This document shows positions 32,260-41,440 of a DNA stretch of 64,000 nt, in pieces. A model generated the notes under the pieces. The model made no database searches. It had not been told where the DNA came from and was given only the letters and a program-made list of their open reading frames with translations. The position numbers and the translations under genes are program-made. The DNA is from Planctomycetota bacterium (GTDB taxonomy: Bacteria; Planctomycetota; SZUA-567; H5-PLA8): the NCBI GenBank assembly GCA_038227875.1, contig JBBRPR010000017.1, positions 89,191-153,190 of the forward strand, read 5' to 3'. The number at the start of each line of letters is the position of its first letter. Within the stretch, counting starts at the first letter, position 1.

Positions 32260-32314
32260 CTATGAAATGATGGGGCTTGAGCTTAGTGAGCGGGCGGGGT
32301 TTGTCCACGCCGGT

Positions 32315-35300
32315 TTATTTGCGGACCGACCCGCTCTTGCCCGCGTGGCCCGTATAGAGGGCAGTGACGATCGCTTCATACGTCTGATTTAAGAACGCGA
32401 TATCCACGGTCAGCGGCATCTTCTGGTTCTTCGCATCCGTCGTCGGATCGAGTCCGAGTGGCGCCCACGCGGCGCTGAAGTTCCCGTTCTTCAGGCGCGC
32501 GGAAAATTTGACGTTGCCGCCGAGGTAGGACGTGATTTTGGTTTTTGGATCGCGCTTGCGCTTGAGCTGCAGCGCAAACGTGCCTTGCGCGGATTTCGCG
32601 TGGCCCTTCGCGTCGAGCGTAAACGCGGCGCTCACGCCACTGACGTTGAGCGTCAACGCGACGCCGCTTGGATTCAGGCCCGCGGCCAGATTGGGCAGCA
32701 TGCCGGTGAACGAGAGCGTGTCGTGATTCTTCGTGGTGTATTTCATGTTCGCCTGCAGATGGCTGAGCGTCATCGGAAGCGCGGCTGTTCCGCCGCCACC
32801 GCCGCTGCTCGCGCTGAACGTCGTTGCGAGCACGGACGTCGACGCGGCGCTGTCGCCGCTGGGAACCAGGCTGCGCACGCGGAAGTAGTAATTCGTCGCC
32901 GGCGACAATCCGGTATCGGTGGCGCTGGCCTGGCTTCCGGGGACGGTCACTCCGGCGGTCCAGGTGGTTCCGTCAAGACTGTGTTCAATCTGGAAGCCGG
33001 ATTCGTTGTCGCCCATCGCCGTCCAGGTGAGATTCGCGGTCGTGTCGGAAGCTCCGGCGGCGGTCACGTTCAGCGGCGTGGCGGCGAGGCCTTCGATCCA
33101 GGCGGAGATCACGGAGACGGCGTTAGTGTCGATGGTGTTGCGCGCCAGCGGGGGCATCTGGATCGTGCCGACGGTGTTGATGCGAATACGCCCGATCGAG
33201 CGCGCGAGGTTGCCGCGCGCCATCTCGACGGCGCCGGGGATGCTTAAGTTTGAATTGACCAGTCCGTCGAGAATATTCTGGCTGGCGATCGGCGTGTCGA
33301 AGCGTGCGTCGAAATTCGCGGGAGCGCCCAGCGGCCGGTGGCACTGCGAGCAGTTGGCATCGAGGTACGAACGCGCGCGAGTTTCCAGCGAGGCGGTGGT
33401 GTCGTTCAAGTTCGCGAGCTTCGCGTAGCCGGGGATCTGCGTTTCGTCGAGCGTCGTGGAAAAGAGGCTGACGTGATTGAACGAGCGGATCTGGTTGTCG
33501 GTCACACCGGTGGCGGCATACGTGAAGGGCCCGTTGAGCTGCCGGGTTTTTACGCCGAGGATGTAGTTGGCGTTGGTGTTGTGGCAGGTCAGGCAGTCGC
33601 CGCGGCTGGGGTAGGACCAGGTCTGGTTGCGCGAACCGGTCGACGTCGCGATTACTTCGTTTTCCGTCAGGCCGCTGGCGAGCAGGTCGGCATCGGTCTG
33701 CGCGGCGTTCCATTTGTAAGTGACGCCGTAAACACTGCCGCTGGGACCGACGACAATCAGGCGCGTCTCCAGACGATTGCGGATCGACGGATTGGTGTCG
33801 TCGGTGCCGAGTTCGAAATGCTTGACGAAAACCGTGCCGGAGGGAAAGGTCCATTCTCCCGTCGGCGCGAAGGTGATGCTCTGGCCGTTGGGCACGGAGA
33901 TCCAGCGCGTCTTGACCGCGCCGTCAGACCAGAGCGGCGTGTTGACATTATAAGGGAGCAGCGCGGCGCTGGGCGTCAGCGTGGCGGTGTTCGAGAACGC
34001 GCCGGTGGCGGAGAGCGTGGCGGGAATCGCGCCGGTGCTGGTCGTCGGCATGTTGAGGTACGGCGGCGAATTCGGGCGCGCGACCAGGCCGTAATCGTTG
34101 ATGGTGAGCGCGAATGTCTGCGTCGCGTTGGGAAGCACGCCGTTGGTGGCTTGCACGGTGATGGAGAACACACCCGCGGCGGTGGGCGTCCACGTGATCG
34201 CGCCGGACGTCGCGTTGATCGACAATCCCGCGGGCGGAGAGGCGATCGAGAACGTCGGCGCCGGATTTCCGCCGGACTGCACGGTGTACGCGTACGCGAC
34301 GCCGATGTTGCCGGTGGTGACGGGCGTGGAAAAAATGGACGGCGCGTTGCTGATCACGAGCGCGAGCGCTTTGCTGGCGGTGGCCCCGGCGCCATCGGTC
34401 AGCAGCGCGGTAAAGTTGAACGTCCCCGATGCCGTCGGCGTGCCGCCGACCACGCCGCTGGTTGAAAGCGTCACGCCCGCGGGCAGCGCTCCGGCGGAGA
34501 CCGTCCACGTCAGCGGACTCGTGCCGCCGGTCGCCGTGAGCGTCTGGGAATACGGCGCGTTGATATTTCCGCCGGGAAGCGAGGTCGTCTGAATGGAAGG
34601 CGCGGCGTTGATGGTCAACGCGAAGGTCTTGCTTGCGGTTGCGGCGATGGAATCGGTAACCGTGGCGGTGAAATTGAACGTGCCGGTCGCGGAGGTTGTG
34701 CCGGAGACGACGCCGCCGCTGGAAAGCGTGATTCCCGCCGGCAGCGCGCCGGACGTTAGCGACCACGTGTAGGAAGGCGTGCCGCCAACGGCGGTGAGCG
34801 TTTGCGAGTAGGACTTTGTGGCGGTGCCTTGCGCAAGCGGCGATGTTGAGGAGATCGCCAGTGCGTTGTTGATCGTCAGCGCGAATGCTTTGGTGACGGT
34901 CGAGCCGTTGGCGTCGACGACCTGGATCGTAAAGTTGAACGTGCCTGTTGCCGTCGGCGTGCCGGAGAGCAGACCACCGGACGTCAGCGTCAGTCCGCCT
35001 GGCAGCGTGCCGAGGGTCTTCGACCACGTCAGCGGCAGCGTCCCGCCGGTCGCGGTGAATTGCTGCGAGTAGGCCGTGCCGATATTTCCCTGCGGCGTCA
35101 GCGGTGACGACTGCTGAATCACCGGCGTCGCGTTGATCGTGACGGCGTACGCCTGCGTCGCGGTCGCGGTCGTCGCGTCTTGAACCTGGACGGTGAAGTT
35201 GAATGTGCCGTTTGCGGTCGGCGTACCGCTGAGGACACCGGCGGTGCTTAACGTCAAACCCGTCGGCAGCGTTCCGGTGATCACCGTCCACGTGTACGCG

Positions 35301-36571
35301 GGAGAACCGCCAGAGGCGGCGAGCGTTTTCGAATAGGCCGTGCCTACGGTTCCGGCGGGGAGCGATGCCGTCGTGATTTTCAGCGAGCTGACGATCTTCC
35401 AGATTTCGCCGCCGCCGTAGTTCGTGTAGTAAATTTCCCCCGCGCCGTCTTCGCCGAACGCCGTCACGCCATTCAGCGCGCCGGACGGATTGAGACTCGA
35501 CGTCACTTCCTGCTGGCTGCTCAGCGCCGTCCCATTATAGACCAGCGCCCAGAAGCGCGACGAACCGTAATCGGCGTGGATGTACGTTCCTTGCAGGCCG
35601 GGAATCGCGCTGCCGCGGTAGACGTAACCGCCGATGATCGCGTTGACGCCGATGCTGTGCGCGTAGTCGACAACCGGATCAATCGCTGTGGTCACGGGCG
35701 TTTCGCTGGTATGCGCCGGCTCTTGGATGAAACCTTCGCGCGCGCGCCAGCCGTAGTTGCGTCCGCCCACGCCGGCGGGATTGAAGTCGATCTCTTCGCG
35801 CGTGTTCTGGCCCACGTCGCCGATCCACAGGTCTCCCGTGGAACGGTCGAAGCTGCAGCGCCACGGATTGCGGACGCCGAACGCCCAGATCTCATGCTTG
35901 AATGTTGGATCGGTCGCGTACGGGTTGCTCGGAGGAATGGTGTAGGGGAGGGCGCTGACGTCGATCCTCAGAATTTTTCCGAGCAGCACTGTGCGGTCCT
36001 GACCGTTGCCGATCGTGCCGTGCTGATCGTCGCCGCCGCCGCCGTCTCCGGTGCTGATATAAAAGTAACCGTCGGGGCCGAAGCCAATCCAGCCGCCGTT
36101 GTGGTTGTACTCGGGTTTGTTGATGCTGAGGATGACGATCTTGCTGGTCAGATCCACCGTCGTGGCCGTGGACGGCGTGCCGATGACTTTGAAGCGCGAG
36201 ATTTCCGTATGCCCGCTCGCTCCGCCGCCGGTCTGGCTGTACGACACATAGACGAAACCGTTCGATGCGTAGTTGGGATCAAATGCCAGGCCCAGCAGTC
36301 CCTGTTCGCTGTTGGAGAGCAACGGGCTGATGGTCATGAACGGCGTTGCGTTGACGCTGCCGTCGGAGAGATTGACGATGCGAATCTTTCCAGAGAACTG
36401 TTCGCAGACAAACAGCCGCGTGGTATCGCCCGGCGCCGTGGCGATGCAGACGGGATTGGAGAGACCGGTGGAGATGCGCCGCGACGCGATGCCCGGAGTC
36501 GCCGCTGACGCGCTGGAAATGAACAGCACGACCGCGCTGAGGATGACGCGGCGACTCAGTGATTTTAGCAT
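32315..36571 (-). CDS. Secreted multidomain protein: glucose/sorbosone dehydrogenase (GSDH) + about 5 Ig-like repeats + dihaem cytochrome c (SO2930-like) + FN3 + C-terminal domain
   Basis: Signal peptide; EQGLLGLAFDP, NHNGGWIGFGPDGY, GVRNPWRCSFD, DVGQN; repeats LPxGLTL..SGTPT..GTFNFT; LWSDGAVKTRW, CLTCH, CSQCH, MPPL; GLSPATNYYFRVRS. Confidence 0.88.
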   Translation of the reverse strand: MLKSLSRRVILSAVVLFISSASAATPGIASRRISTGLSNPVCIATAPGDTTRLFVCEQFSGKIRIVNLSDGSVNATPFMTISPLLSNSEQGLLGLAFDPNYASNGFVYVSYSQTGGGASGHTEISRFKVIGTPSTATTVDLTSKIVILSINKPEYNHNGGWIGFGPDGYFYISTGDGGGGDDQHGTIGNGQDRTVLLGKILRIDVSALPYTIPPSNPYATDPTFKHEIWAFGVRNPWRCSFDRSTGDLWIGDVGQNTREEIDFNPAGVGGRNYGWRAREGFIQEPAHTSETPVTTAIDPVVDYAHSIGVNAIIGGYVYRGSAIPGLQGTYIHADYGSSRFWALVYNGTALSSQQEVTSSLNPSGALNGVTAFGEDGAGEIYYTNYGGGEIWKIVSSLKITTASLPAGTVGTAYSKTLAASGGSPAYTWTVITGTLPTGLTLSTAGVLSGTPTANGTFNFTVQVQDATTATATQAYAVTINATPVIQQSSPLTPQGNIGTAYSQQFTATGGTLPLTWSKTLGTLPGGLTLTSGGLLSGTPTATGTFNFTIQVVDANGSTVTKAFALTINNALAISSTSPLAQGTATKSYSQTLTAVGGTPSYTWSLTSGALPAGITLSSGGVVSGTTSATGTFNFTATVTDSIAATASKTFALTINAAPSIQTTSLPGGNINAPYSQTLTATGGTSPLTWTVSAGALPAGVTLSTSGVVGGTPTASGTFNFTALLTDGAGATASKALALVISNAPSIFSTPVTTGNIGVAYAYTVQSGGNPAPTFSIASPPAGLSINATSGAITWTPTAAGVFSITVQATNGVLPNATQTFALTINDYGLVARPNSPPYLNMPTTSTGAIPATLSATGAFSNTATLTPSAALLPYNVNTPLWSDGAVKTRWISVPNGQSITFAPTGEWTFPSGTVFVKHFELGTDDTNPSIRNRLETRLIVVGPSGSVYGVTYKWNAAQTDADLLASGLTENEVIATSTGSRNQTWSYPSRGDCLTCHNTNANYILGVKTRQLNGPFTYAATGVTDNQIRSFNHVSLFSTTLDETQIPGYAKLANLNDTTASLETRARSYLDANCSQCHRPLGAPANFDARFDTPIASQNILDGLVNSNLSIPGAVEMARGNLARSIGRIRINTVGTIQMPPLARNTIDTNAVSVISAWIEGLAATPLNVTAAGASDTTANLTWTAMGDNESGFQIEHSLDGTTWTAGVTVPGSQASATDTGLSPATNYYFRVRSLVPSGDSAASTSVLATTFSASSGGGGGTAALPMTLSHLQANMKYTTKNHDTLSFTGMLPNLAAGLNPSGVALTLNVSGVSAAFTLDAKGHAKSAQGTFALQLKRKRDPKTKITSYLGGNVKFSARLKNGNFSAAWAPLGLDPTTDAKNQKMPLTVDIAFLNQTYEAIVTALYTGHAGKSGSVRK

Positions 36572-36821
36572 GTCGAGTTCTCCTTGCTAAAAACGAGTCT
36601 TTGGGATTCGAAGCCAAGCGTGCAGACTGATGACGGGTGTGGCGGATACGTTACTCGGAAGAATCTACCATCTTTTTGTGTGCGTCGGCGCGGAAAAAGG
36701 TTACGCACGAGTGCCGCGGCTGGCCCATCAGCGGGGAAATGAGTTGCATACGTGCGTGGGTGCGAGTAACTTACTCGACTCGCTATGCCCGGTGCCGTGC
36801 ACGGGGTGGAACCGATTCTCC

Positions 36822-36919
36822 AGCAGCCCGCTGATCAACTTTGGGCGGTGCCGTGAAACGCCTCAACAGCCAGTCGTTTCACGGGAGAATTTGGCGAAGT
36901 CGACTTTTAACGGGCTGCT
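36822..36919 (+). mobile_element. About 100-bp MITE-like element, family A copy 2
   Basis: AGCAGCCCGCTGA...TTAACGGGCTGCT with central CCGTGAAACG...CGTTTCACGG; ends 18 bp before rpsT. Confidence 0.72.
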
Positions 36920-36937
36920 TGGGGTTGAAGGACTGAC

Positions 36938-37216
36938 ATGGGCCATTCATTAAGTGCAGACAAACGTGAACGTCAGAACGTCAAGCGCAACAGCCGCAAC
37001 CGTGGCAACATGATCACGCTGCGCAAGGCGATGAAGAAGGTAACGGCAGAGATTGAGACCGGCAAGGCCGATCCGAAAGCCACGCTGGCCGAAGCGTTCA
37101 AGGCTCTCGACCGCGCCGCGCGCAAGAACGCGATCCCGAAGAAGCGCGCCGACCGCAAGAAGTCGCGCCTCGCGCTGGCCGTGGCTCGCGCCAAGGCTGC
37201 TGCGACGAAGGCTTAA
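36938..37216 (+). CDS. rpsT: 30S ribosomal protein S20
   Basis: SADKRERQNVKRNSRNR..LRKAMKK..LDRAARKNAIPKKRADRKKSRL; 92 aa, basic. Confidence 0.93.
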   Translation: MGHSLSADKRERQNVKRNSRNRGNMITLRKAMKKVTAEIETGKADPKATLAEAFKALDRAARKNAIPKKRADRKKSRLALAVARAKAAATKA

Positions 37217-37261
37217 GAACTACTTCGATCGTATTCGTCAATTAAGCTCCACTGAAAATTG

Positions 37262-37299
37262 CACGCGAGTTGGATGGCAACTGCCGTCCAACTCGCGTG
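37262..37299. terminator. Strong hairpin downstream of rpsT
   Basis: CACGCGAGTTGGATGGCA-ac-TGCCGTCCAACTCGCGTG, 18-bp stem with one G-T pair; no U-tract, so the role is uncertain. Confidence 0.45.
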
Positions 37300-37332
37300 T
37301 CTATGTCGGCACATATTCGAAAAGGGCGATCT

Positions 37333-38349
37333 ATGAAGCGGGAATTTCTCACACTGTCTGTATTGCTCTTTCTCCTCGGTTGCGGTGACGCGCCACCGGC
37401 CCGCGTCCAGGTTCCCACTCCGCCACCCACTCCTGCGCTAACTCCCGCTCCAACTGTGCAGCCGCCGGTCGCTCCGGCGCCCGTGGCCGCGCAGGACTCG
37501 CCATTGCGCGCGGCGCGGAGAGCGTTCAAGACCACGTTAGTACCAAAGGAAGAGAAGAAGGAAAAGGCCAGTGTTCCGCCGCCGGCTATTTTCTCGCTCG
37601 TGAAATACGATGCTGCGCCTGGAGCGCTCTCGGCCTATCTGACGCCGGATCCCAAAGACGGCAAGAAACATCCGGCGATCATCTGGATCACGGGCGGCGA
37701 TTGTAATTCCATTGATGAAGTCTGGCATCCCGCTCCACCCAAAAACGACCAGACGGCAGCGGCGTACCGCAAGGCGGGAATCATCATGATGTTTCCGTCG
37801 CTGCGCGGCGGCAATGACAACCCTGGCACCAAAGAAAGCTTTCTCGGTGAAGTGGATGATGTACTGGATGCGGCTGAGTTTCTTTCCAAACAACCGTACG
37901 TCGACCCTGCTCGCATCTATTTGGGTGGTCATAGCACGGGCGGTACGCTGGCGCTGTTGGTCGCCGAAGTCTCCACGCGTTTTCGCGTTGTGTTTTCTTT
38001 TGGTCCGGTCAGCAATGTGGGCCATTACGGTGCGGATTATCTCCCTTTTAATTACCGCGACGCGCAGGAATTATTGCTGCGCGCACCGGGGAAGTGGCTG
38101 AGTTCCATTAAGAGTCCGGTGTATGTGATCGAAGGCACGCTGCCTCCAGCCAATGCAGACGATCTAATTAAGATGAGGAAAGATTCCACCAACCCGCAGA
38201 TCCATTTTCTGTCGCTACCCGGAGCCACGCATTTCAATACGCTCGCACCGATGAACAAATTGATCGCAGAAAAGATTTTGAAAGATGACGGTCCGACCGT
38301 GGATCTGGCAATTACGTCGTCGGAGTTGCCGAAGACGTTTGATAAGTAG
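37333..38349 (+). CDS. Alpha/beta-hydrolase lipoprotein (S9 peptidase-like)
   Basis: Lipobox LLGC, Pro-rich linker, HPAIIWITGG, RIYLGGHSTGG nucleophile motif, GATHF. Confidence 0.85.
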   Translation: MKREFLTLSVLLFLLGCGDAPPARVQVPTPPPTPALTPAPTVQPPVAPAPVAAQDSPLRAARRAFKTTLVPKEEKKEKASVPPPAIFSLVKYDAAPGALSAYLTPDPKDGKKHPAIIWITGGDCNSIDEVWHPAPPKNDQTAAAYRKAGIIMMFPSLRGGNDNPGTKESFLGEVDDVLDAAEFLSKQPYVDPARIYLGGHSTGGTLALLVAEVSTRFRVVFSFGPVSNVGHYGADYLPFNYRDAQELLLRAPGKWLSSIKSPVYVIEGTLPPANADDLIKMRKDSTNPQIHFLSLPGATHFNTLAPMNKLIAEKILKDDGPTVDLAITSSELPKTFDK

Positions 38350-38366
38350 GTTGAGACTGCCGCCCC

Positions 38367-38717
38367 CTAAACTTCAAGCAGCGAGTCATCAAACCAGACA
38401 TCTTCATAACCCGGCGCAATTATGAACCGCCAGCCAGGTGGAAGCTGAAGAAACGGTATTGCGTCTGGGCGCCAACCGTCCATGTGTGCAACGTGGATTG
38501 GCACAAAGAAGTCGGGTGACTTTGACAGCTCTTCTCCAGCCCAAAGGTACCAGCCGCAGGTACCGCCTGCTGCGGGATGTCGCAACCCATTCAGCGGTTG
38601 CAGATCGGTTCGCACATTCAGAGCGATGCCCAGCTTTTGATCATCAGAAATCGGGTATGGCTCCGTGTGATATTTCTGACACTTCGCCAATTGCAGCGCA
38701 GACCAAGTTTCATTCAT
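38367..38717 (-). CDS. Imm33-like (DUF2185-related) putative immunity protein
   Basis: PLNGLRHP..GTCGWYLWAGE..FFVPIHVAH..FLQLPPGWRF..YEDVWFDDSLL. Confidence 0.65.
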   Translation of the reverse strand: MNETWSALQLAKCQKYHTEPYPISDDQKLGIALNVRTDLQPLNGLRHPAAGGTCGWYLWAGEELSKSPDFFVPIHVAHMDGWRPDAIPFLQLPPGWRFIIAPGYEDVWFDDSLLEV

Positions 38718-38765
38718 AAATTACCATCGGTCAACCGTAGCGGGAATGCTGCCTGAGCGCGCCCC

Positions 38766-38801
38766 ATTCCAATCCGCAATCCGCAATCCGAAATCCGCAA
38801 T
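38766..38801. repeat. AATCCGC heptamer tandem repeat
   Basis: ccaatccgcaatccgcaatccgaaatccgcaat. Confidence 0.8.
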
Positions 38802-38805
38802 GCCG

Positions 38806-41178
38806 TTAGAGCCTCACGATCCAGCTCTTCGCTCCCGTCACTACCTGCTCCTTGGCGTGCGGGAAGACCACGGTCGCTTTGATGCCCGGCGGCAGCGTCA
38901 GTGTCACGTTGACGACCGGGCCGTTGCGGGTCCATTTGCTGATGATCGGGCCGCTGGCCGTCGGGACCGTCGCGCCGCCGTTGTTGCCGATGAACTCCGG
39001 CTTGAAGCGGATCGTCTTCCAGCCGGCCCCGGTCTGCGTGATGCCGCCGATCGTGTTCATTAAATGGAAGAGCGGATGGGCCGACCACGCGTGCGAGAAA
39101 CTTTCGTTGCCGCGCGCGGGCTTGAAATTTTCGAACGTCGTGCCGTGCTCGCTCATCGCCGCCCAATGCTTGCGGATGAAGGTGATCACGTCGGCGGCGT
39201 AGCCCTGGTTGATCAACTCGGTGAAGACGTACGTGATCCAGTACGCGGATGGGTAGGCCTTCGGCGTCTCCGTTTCGCGGATGAACGGGAGGAGCGACGT
39301 GTCCAGCATCGTCTTCACATTCGTGGGATTCAGATTCGCCATTAGCGCCAGCGTTTGCGAATGGACGCAGGTGCTTTCGACGACTTTGCGTTCATGCGTG
39401 TAGCCGTCGCGCAGCAGGCCCTTCTTGTTGATCAGTTTCTTCAGCGCGGCGCGCACCGACTGCGCCCACGTCTCCAGGGATTTGGCTTTCTTGACGTTTC
39501 CGGCGAGGCGGTAGAGCTCCGCGAGTTTCTCCAGCGCGACGACCAGCCAGACGTTCAGCACGGTCGGGTAGCCGTCCTTGAAGATGTCGGTCCAGTCGAG
39601 GAAGAGCCAGTAGCGGTTGTCGTACTTGACCAGGCCGAGTTTCTTGTCGGTCATCTGCCGGAAGTATTCCAGTGCGCCGTCGATGGTTTTCTCATGCGCG
39701 AAGAGCGGTTCGACCGAACCGGTCTGCCAGTAGTAATCCCAGATCGTGATCATCCAGATCAGCGTGAAGTCGGGCAGGATACAGCTGTGCGCCATCGTCG
39801 GGGCGTGGCCGTAGGTCAGCCCTGTCGGTGTGGTCTGCGAGGCGATGCAATGGATGCCGCGGCGGAAAAGCCGAGCGTCGCCGTTGAGATGGAACGTGTT
39901 CCAGCCCTGCACGCGCGCGTCGCCCCACCACTGCGCCTGCTCGCGCCACGGCGTGTCGACGTAGGCGTCCAAGCTGCAGCACTGCTGCGTCCATTCGCAG
40001 GTTTCCCAAATCTTCTCCAGCACCGCGTCGGAACTGTGGAAGCCGCCGTTGCGGTGGAGCGGGTAGCCGATCCAGTTGAGCGTCGATTCGATCTTCAACT
40101 TCGCCGACGTATCGCGAACGGTGACAACCAGGTAGCGGAAACCGTACGGATGGTGGAAATCGTACGTCGTCTCGTTCTTGCGGCAGACGAGGCGGTAGCC
40201 GAAGCGCATGCGGCACCACGCCCACGGCACGAGATCGGGCTGGAGCTTTTCCGCGTTGATCGTTTCGACGTGGAGAGTATCGATGATCTCGCCGCCTTTG
40301 CAGCCGGTGATCTTCAGCGAAAGCGAACCGACGACCGTATGGCCGTAGTCGATCAGATAGCTGCGGAATTTCTTCTCTCCGGTCGGCGGAACTTCCAGGT
40401 GCCGTCCGGTCTCGTCGCTTTTCATGGCGCTGTGTGAAAGTTCTTCGGCTGAACGCGTGAGCACCACGCAGCGCGTGTGTTCGTAGCCGGGCGCGCAATC
40501 ACCCTGCTGCGTACCCAGTAGCTTGTGCGGGTAGACCTTCTTTTCGTCGAGCATCGGCGTGCCGCGGGGTTCGAGCGTGTTCCACGGCATGCAGTTCCAG
40601 CGGCCGGCGACAGACGGGCCGGTCCACTTTGCGTCGTCGAAATCGATCTCCGTCCAGCCCTGCGGCGAAACGCGCGCGTCGACCTGTTCCTGAGCGAACA
40701 ACTGCAGACTCACTGGCACCGTGTCCTGCGAAACGCCAGCGTCGCGCAAACATTTCCACGATCCGTCGGTGACAATCTTCTCGCTGCCCCACTTGGCGGC
40801 CATCAGGAAGCCGGAGTTCCCTTGCGTCAGGTATTGAAAATTGCTGAAGCCGGGATTGTGTCCGCGCACGGCGATGATGTTCTTGCCCTTGCGGAGGTAC
40901 TTTGCCACGTCGACTTCGTCGTAAGGCCAGTGCGATTGAAACCCGCGCGCCGGTCCCCGGCAGACGAAAGTACCGTTGATCCAGAGCTGATACGACTGAT
41001 CGGCGGTGATCACCAACGGCGCTTTTTTCGGCACGGCTTTCAGTGTGAAGGGTTTTCGAAACAGGCCGTACGCGTTGTGGTTGTCCCACGTGTAGTGGCC
41101 GGGCCAGATCCAGTAGGCGTCATGGACAACGGCCGGGGTGGGTTGAGCGAAGACGTTGGCGGGCGTTTGCATGCTCAT
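38806..41178 (-). CDS. Alpha-L-rhamnosidase (GH78)
   Basis: ITADQSYQLWING...RGPAR, YGFRYL, DTPWREQAQWWGD, FLDW, GTTFE, SFSHAWSAHP; divergent from the rha operon; no evident signal peptide. Confidence 0.88.
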   Translation of the reverse strand: MSMQTPANVFAQPTPAVVHDAYWIWPGHYTWDNHNAYGLFRKPFTLKAVPKKAPLVITADQSYQLWINGTFVCRGPARGFQSHWPYDEVDVAKYLRKGKNIIAVRGHNPGFSNFQYLTQGNSGFLMAAKWGSEKIVTDGSWKCLRDAGVSQDTVPVSLQLFAQEQVDARVSPQGWTEIDFDDAKWTGPSVAGRWNCMPWNTLEPRGTPMLDEKKVYPHKLLGTQQGDCAPGYEHTRCVVLTRSAEELSHSAMKSDETGRHLEVPPTGEKKFRSYLIDYGHTVVGSLSLKITGCKGGEIIDTLHVETINAEKLQPDLVPWAWCRMRFGYRLVCRKNETTYDFHHPYGFRYLVVTVRDTSAKLKIESTLNWIGYPLHRNGGFHSSDAVLEKIWETCEWTQQCCSLDAYVDTPWREQAQWWGDARVQGWNTFHLNGDARLFRRGIHCIASQTTPTGLTYGHAPTMAHSCILPDFTLIWMITIWDYYWQTGSVEPLFAHEKTIDGALEYFRQMTDKKLGLVKYDNRYWLFLDWTDIFKDGYPTVLNVWLVVALEKLAELYRLAGNVKKAKSLETWAQSVRAALKKLINKKGLLRDGYTHERKVVESTCVHSQTLALMANLNPTNVKTMLDTSLLPFIRETETPKAYPSAYWITYVFTELINQGYAADVITFIRKHWAAMSEHGTTFENFKPARGNESFSHAWSAHPLFHLMNTIGGITQTGAGWKTIRFKPEFIGNNGGATVPTASGPIISKWTRNGPVVNVTLTLPPGIKATVVFPHAKEQVVTGAKSWIVRL

Positions 41179-41346
41179 GTGTGCGGCGATCCTCAATGAA
41201 GATGTAGTAAAGGGGCAAAGTAACCCGCGCAGGGTCAACGCGCCATGTCTCATGCGTGAAAGTTGACGAAATGTTCGATTGTAACCACTTGAAATATCGC
41301 AATTTGCAAGATTCACAGAAAATCTTCGAATTTCCTCCTTCCAAAT

Positions 41347-41392
41347 CAGACACAAACAAATATTATCAAAGAAAAACAAAGACAAAGACAGA
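41347..41392 (+). promoter_or_regulatory. Candidate DeoR/RhaR operator array overlapping a possible -10 (TATTAT 41361-41366)
   Basis: CA(A/G)A at 41347, 41357, 41367 and 41377, exactly 10 bp apart, in AT-rich DNA between divergent rha genes. Confidence 0.55.
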
Positions 41393-41440
41393 TTAACGGG
41401 TTAATTAAAACAGACAACCAGACAGCCAAACCAAGGAGAG

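Noticed and set aside
41179..41385. N-terminal extension of the rhamnosidase
   Set aside because: It covers the AT-rich divergent promoter region; a better start with an RBS lies at 41178
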